Shown piece after piece: positions 53,720 through 59,327 of a DNA stretch of 59,327 nucleotides. The translations under genes and the position numbers were made by a program. Below the pieces are notes generated by a model, which was given only the letters and a program-made list of their open reading frames with translations, did no database searches and was not told where the DNA came from. This stretch comes from Spirogloea muscicola. Its lineage: Eukaryota. How positions within the stretch are numbered: the stretch's first letter is position 1; every line of letters begins with the position of its first letter. The stretch is taken from positions 372,566 to 431,892 of the forward strand of contig WELB01000031.1 of NCBI GenBank assembly GCA_009602725.1. The letters run 5' to 3'.

Positions 53720-55870
53720 TTACGAAGAAGGCTCGCCCATAAAGAAAGAGGGGCTGGCAAAGCCAGCCCAAAAAGAATGGACAATGTCCAAAGCCGAAGA
53801 ATGAGAAGCCGAGGAAGGACTCCTCTACTCTACCAATCACGACGACATACTAGGGAAGCTCAGTACCCGCGAGTGAGCAACATCAGGTCCGAGTAGCTCG
53901 ACGAAGGGCAGCTCTTTTCCAGCTGCAAGTTAGTCCGACTTGCGGCTGCTGACTCGGGGGGTTACTACTCAGTTACTCTACTGATTAGGCCCGGGTTAAG
54001 CATTAAGCTCCCCCAGTCGCCGGAGTCTGTCGAAGAAGTGGTGCTCGCCCATTGAATGTGCTCGCCTACAGAGAAGAGTGGCTGGCAGAGCCAGCTCAAA
54101 AAGAATGGACAAGATCCCAAGCCAAAGAAAGAGGAGCCGGAAGAGAACTACACCACAGACCATGCCTTTGGACTAGGACGAAGACATCAGCCAGAGGATG
54201 CTCAGTAACCTCTAGTCAGGAGATGCAAGTCGGAGTAGCTAGCCGGGGGAAAGATGTCGCCCTGAAGGAAGCCGGAGGCCGCCGCCAAAGCAAAGAGGGG
54301 GCTGGCAAAGCCAGCTCAAAAAAAATGGACAATGTCCAAAGCCAAAGACAGAGGTGCCAAAAAAGAAGAAGTGCTCGCCATAGGGAGAAGTGGCAATCCC
54401 AATGGGGGCAAGGGCTGTGAAAAGCCAGCCCGAAAGAAAGAATTGACAAAAGTTCGAAGGGGCCTAAAAAGCGTTGAGCAGCTACAAAGGGGCCTGGAGA
54501 GGCTATGTCAGAACAGGGGAGGATGGATCACTCAGTAGTTACGAGTGAGGAGCCTCAGATCCGACAGACTAGCTGCCGGAAAACTATCCCCCTGACGAAG
54601 ACCGGAGGCCGCAGCGAGAGCACGGCCAGCACGCAGATGCAGGGCGTGGGCCGTGGACCGCTGCAGGGATACGGACAATCTCACACGGTAGACCTGAGCC
54701 CACGAGCCAGCGGCGTTGAAGTCAGCCGGCTCGCCGCGCCTACGGGATACAGCCCGTCGCGCAAGCCTGGCCAGCAGGTCAAGCCACTGGGACCCAAGAG
54801 CCCCGTGCACGTCCACAGCCAAGGGTACGAACTCATCTGCAGCCGGGTGGTCGAGTGCTTGGCCGCATTGCTGCGAGCGGCCTTCGTGGCAGCGTGGCCA
54901 GCGCGCGAGAGAGCCCCGGGTTGGAGCGGTCGACCACATCAGTGGTGACCACATCCGCGATGATGCACGCGCCGCCGGGCGTGGACGCCACCAGGTCGAC
55001 ACCGCGCGTATGGAGTCCGTCGGCCCTCTCGAGGATTGGCATAGCGGAGGTGTTCTCCATTGCCACCGTGTAGCCGGCCTCCTGGAAGATGCCGAACATT
55101 GCATCACGGAGGAGGTCGTGAGCAGCTGTTCGTTCGCCTCCAGTGGCGCACCGGAGGATGTGCGCCGCCAGCTCCGCTGGGTCCGTCGACCGTCCCCACA
55201 GTCACTCTGTAGCACGCCAAGCAGACGGCGGGGGAGACCCAGCAGGCGATGGGTGGCCGTACGGAACAGCTCATTCCTGCAGCCTGAGGGCATCGTACAG
55301 GGGGAGCGCGGAGAGCCAGGCTGCCGCGCCGGGGGAGGCAGCCGACAGCAGCCGAGCATGGCCGCGCACGTCGGTTGCAGAGAGGAGCTGCAGCGTGGCC
55401 GTGAAGGCCGCCTTGTCGAAATTACTTACTCAGTACTTAGATTATAAGATTTCATTCGCTGTAGTCTCTCGCAATAGCGGTGTGGTTTTGTGCGACTCTC
55501 GGCCCTTTCGGACCTCACGGACCTCGTCCACTTTTCTTTGGGCTGGCTTTTCACAGCCCCCGCACCCCTCGGCCAGTCGACGGGCGCTGTTTGCAATGAC
55601 TTGCCGGAGAAATGGCACAGTAGTTGATCGCGTCTTTCTCCAAATTCATTTAGCTGTAGCTAACGGGGGGTTCACATGCTACTACAACCGCAAGAAAGCG
55701 CGGCCAGATTGACTGGTGGCTGTGAGAGGCCAGCCCAAGATTGGACAAGGTCTGAAGAAGCCTGGGTGCGAAGTGCTAAGACAGCAGCAAGGGGACTCTC
55801 AATAACCTCGAGTCAGAAGATGCAAGTCGGAATAGCTAGCCGGCGGAAAGACGTCGCCCTGACGGTAGCC
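53720..55870 (-). mobile_element. Cluster of nested CRE-type non-LTR fragments; the longest is about 54375-55420 (frameshifted zinc knuckle plus RLE)
   Basis: IFQEAGYTVAME..RGVDL..IIADVVTTD; FVPLAVDVHGALG..YRVRLSVSLQRS..SDLRLLTRNY*. About six copies of the 3' hairpin are present. Confidence 0.85.
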
Positions 55871-55879
55871 GAAATAGCC

Positions 55880-56290
55880 ACCACTCCGTGGTCCTGCGGG
55901 TGGTCGCTGACGCAAACCGCAAGTTCTGGGACTTCGACGTTGGCCGGTGCGGCAGCATGCACGGACTTCTCGCAGAGCAGGATCGGCCTGGCGTGCGCGA
56001 GAGGGAGACTTGGAGACTACTGTTTGCTTTGGGATGCAGCCTATCTGCTGCGCCGATACATGTTGAGTCCTTACAAAGGACGCTTGAATGGGTTGTCAGC
56101 CCTCCAAAAGGACTGGCAGTCAAGCTCCAGAATGGTGATCGAGCAGGCGCTGAAACATCTCAAGGGGCGCTTCAGACTACTCCAGAAGCGGGTGGACGTT
56201 TGTGGACGTCCCGCTCAAGAATGTGCCCCTCCATGTCGGGGCGTGCATCGCCTTGCACAACATGTGCATTGACGACAACCATGTGGTCGC
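55880..56290 (+). pseudogene. PIF/Harbinger (HARBI1-like DDE) transposase fragment, frameshifted
   Basis: VVADANRKFWDFDVGRCGSMH, LLWDAAY..SPY, RMVIEQALKHLKGRFRLL and ACIALHNMCI. Confidence 0.85.
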
Positions 56291-56767
56291 GACTGCATGC
56301 TAGACTGCAAGCCCGAGGACGAGGACAACATCAAGCACTCCAATGTCCAAGAAGCGGCTCAAGGCGCTCAGAGTAGGGATGCACTCGCACGCACCCTTTA
56401 TGCACAACAAGACATGGCGCTGGACTTGTCGGTGACGATAGCGTGGACTGCAAAGATTTTTGAGAGAGACAGATCGATTTGACTTTTTTTCAAGGAATCT
56501 GTACATTAATGTTGGCGGTCAGAGCCCTGCCGGCCCCTACTACAGCTTATTGCTCATCCTGCTAAGAGGAAAGCGGCTGCTGATAAGGAAAAATCGGCTG
56601 TGAAAAGCAAGCCAGATACATACAAGTGTCTATGACGGAAGTGTTTTTGCTAAGCAGAATCTCAGAATCCTGCGAAGATTTGTGAAAGAGACAGATAGGT
56701 TGACAGTCCATATTTGAAGACATCAACGTCTTGCAACCAGATTGCTGCCGGCCCTTACTACAGCTTC

Positions 56768-57155
56768 TCAATCAGCCTGCTGAGCAGGGACTTGAAGTCC
56801 CGCGAGTCGGCTTGCTGTTGCTCTACACTTTGCGTCAATAGCGTCTCCAGCCAATTCGCCTGTGCGTCGGCCTACCTCTTCCGCTGACTTGTTGAGGGAA
56901 GAGGAAGGCCGACGCAAAAGCGAATCGCTTTTAGACGATGTTGACGCAAATTGTGGAGCAAGCGGAACCTTGGCCGCACTGCCGTGAAGAGTTGATGCCG
57001 CCTCGTTGCTCGTGCCCCTCTTCCTTCTCTCCTCCTTGCAGGATTGGTCTTGGCGATTTGTACTTCGCTTGGCAGGCTTCAACGTCCTTGTCGAAGCTCG
57101 CATACTTCACGACAATGGTGGTGAGAACTCGCTTCAGCCAGCGCTTGGCCTGAAG
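56768..57155 (-). pseudogene. Probable Myb/SANT(trihelix)-like companion ORF of the Harbinger element
   Basis: W..VLTTIVVKYASFDKDVEACQAKYK resembles the trihelix (K/R)xxxxCxxK(W/Y)K end. It is convergent with the transposase, as in two-gene Harbingers. Confidence 0.45.
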
Positions 57156-57326
57156 GAGACAAGAGGTGGTAAGTGGTCCAGTGACACCGGTTGTCGCGGA
57201 TGACCGTCCGCAATGATGACGTGATAATGCAGACCGGTGCTCACCTTGCTTGACCGCTGCAGGCAGCAGCCCCGGCGATGACGGCAGGGGCTCGTGGAGA
57301 CATGAATGGATAGTCACGCTTATACA

Positions 57327-57900
57327 GGCAGCATGCGGCAGCGGCAATAGTACCTCGCCACGATGGCAGCGCTACCAGCGTCAATAGCGCCAGCCGGCGG
57401 GAGCACTCCGGCGCGCGGGGGCATGGAGCCGATGCGCATCCTCGACCTTAGCGTGGACGTCCGGGAGCAGAAAGTGCGGGACAGTGGTGGAGAGCAGGCA
57501 GCAGCCCCAGCGATGAGGCAGGGGCTAGTGGAGGCAAGAGTGGATGATCACCCTTGTACACGCTAAAGGAGCCGCCGAGCTGGCCAAGAGCGGTGTGGCA
57601 ATGATCCTTCCGGACCGGAAGGATCATTGACACACATCAAGCTACCCGCTGGCCACATCGACGGCTCCTTCAGCGTGCATAAGGGTGACTAACCACTCAT
57701 GTCTTCACGAGCCTTTGCCGTCATCATCGGAGCTGCTGCCTGCGCATCCACCATTGTCCCGCACTTGCTGCTCCCGGACGTCGAGGATGGCATCGGCTCC
57801 ATCCCCCGCGCGCCGCAGTGCCCCCGCCGGCTGGCGCTGTTGGCGCTGGGGTGGCGCTGGCAACGCCGGCGAGGCACCATTGCCGCTGTCGCAGGCTGCG
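57327..57900. repeat. About 570-bp imperfect foldback centred on a perfect palindrome at 57599-57629
   Basis: 57327-57590 matches the reverse complement of about 57645-57900. The centre reads CAATGATCCTTCCGG-A-CCGGAAGGATCATTG. An extra partial unit lies at about 57255-57325. Confidence 0.8.
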
Positions 57901-58084
57901 CCCGGCATGTCAGCTGCTGCCATGGCAGCCACCAGCTGCGGCTGCCCCGCCGACGGCGGCTGTCCGGGGACTGCGCGGCCTTGGCGATCAGGCTGGCGCC
58001 ATGACGGCGCTGCAGGCCAGAGCTGCCGGGAGGGGGCGGGAGGCCCGCGACCTCGCTCCTGACTGGAGATCCGAGTGCCGCAGA

Positions 58085-59327
58085 AAGAAAGCCCGGCCAA
58101 TTCAAGGTAGTGGCTGGGAAAGGCCAGCCCAAAAGCATGGACGCAACTTTGGATAGCCGTAAGGCGCCTTGATTACACAGACAGCCTATGCACGACACTA
58201 CAGCGGAGGGGCAGGACGCCGCCAGTGGAGAAATCAGGAAAGGAGCTCTTTATCCCAAAATTCGAAGTTGCACCCCGCCGCGCCTTTCCTTAAGTCAATT
58301 CGGCCGCGCTTTTCCTCTTTCCTGCCCCCTCGCTGCCTCGAGCTACTCGGACCTGATGTTGCTCACTCTCGGGTACTGAGGAAAAGGGCTCGCCCATTGA
58401 GGATAGGGGCTGGACAAGCCAGCCCAAAAAAGAATGAACAAAGAACGAGAAGGGGGCCAGAGGAAGCCAGAGGAAGCGCTAAGAAACCAAAGCACACAAA
58501 GAAAGAAAGCAGCTACAAATTACTCAGTAACCCCTGCTAAGCAGCCGCAAATCAGAGAGGCTAGGGTCCTGGGACTGAGCTTCCCTAGTATGTTGTCGTG
58601 ATTGGTAGAAGTGGCACTCCCAATGGGGGCAAGTAGAGTAGAGGAGTCCTTCCTTCTTTTCCATTCTTTTTTGGGCTGGCTTGTCCAGCCCCTATCCTCA
58701 ATGGGCGAGCCCTTTCTTCCTCGGCTTCTCATTCTTCGGCTTTGGACATTGTCCATTCTTTTTGGGCTGGCTTTGCCAGCCCCTCTTTCTTTATGGGCGA
58801 GCCTTCTTCCTCGCGGGCCACCATTTTTTTTTTCCTTTCTTTCTTTTTTTGGGAGTGCCACTTCTTCCTGCGTCCCTCGCGGAACTCTCGAGGCCGCCAG
58901 GGCCTGCCACGTGGCCGAGACCGGGGGACCACCGCGCGTGGGGGCCCCTCGGCCCGGAGGCGCCAATACACGATGTACATGCTCCGTGGTGCGAGTGGGG
59001 CGCTCAATTGAAGTGGCTCTCCCAATCGGGGCAAGGGCTGTGATGCTAGGGGCCTGGAATTGGGTCCCCTGGACAGAGCCAGAGGCAGCAGCTAGGGCTC
59101 TTCCGGCACGAAGGTGCAGCGCACGGGCCATGGACCTCTGCAACGAGACGGCCAGGCGCATGCGATACACTTGCGCCAGCGACCCGGCTGCAGGAAAGTC
59201 TGCCGGTTCACCATGGAAGCGACGGGCGATTGCGTGGCGGGCGAGCTGGTTAAGTAGCTCAAGCCACCGAGCGCCCAGTGCCCCATGGATGTCAATTGCC
59301 AACGGGAAGAACTCGTCTTCCGGCGGA
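58085..59327. mobile_element. Cluster of nested CRE-type 3' fragments on both strands; a family-D copy runs off the window end
   Basis: The minus strand encodes LAIDIHGALGARWLELL..YRMRLAVSLQRSMARALHLRAGR. Hairpin copies occur at about 58110, 58390-58440, 58660-58710 and 58750-58805. Confidence 0.85.

Overview
Eukaryotic nuclear DNA that is GC-rich and intron-rich. It is probably from a streptophyte alga or non-seed plant, inferred from an ETO1-like gene, transit-peptide-bearing ClpC and IMDH genes, and GT/GC-AG introns. There are two assembly gaps (12884-13139 and 32570-33513). Ten spliced host genes are recognisable: an O-fucosyltransferase-like 3' end, MAPEG/MGST3, a SET/Rubisco-LSMT-like methyltransferase, a serine carboxypeptidase-like protein, 3-isopropylmalate dehydrogenase, an orphan Pro/Tyr-rich protein, an ETO1/EOL-like TPR protein, an RRM-LOTUS-RING protein, ClpC and a CUE-DUF1771-Smr protein. 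Two transposon-dense blocks (about 21.3-31.9 kb and 53.7-59.3 kb) interrupt them. The most notable element is a degenerate Ty3/gypsy retrotransposon carrying a C5 cytosine DNA methyltransferase domain directly upstream of RT/RNase H; an inverted duplicate of that domain preserves the ancestral catalytic PC motif. The repeat blocks also contain stacks of 5'-truncated CRE-type (RLE) non-LTR elements nested in each other's 3' ends and sharing a conserved 3' stem-loop. Other elements include Harbinger and pogo-like MITEs, a degenerate Harbinger (transposase plus Myb-like ORF), a copia integrase scrap and several long foldbacks. All calls come from reading motifs by eye; no searches were run, and exon and repeat boundaries are approximate.
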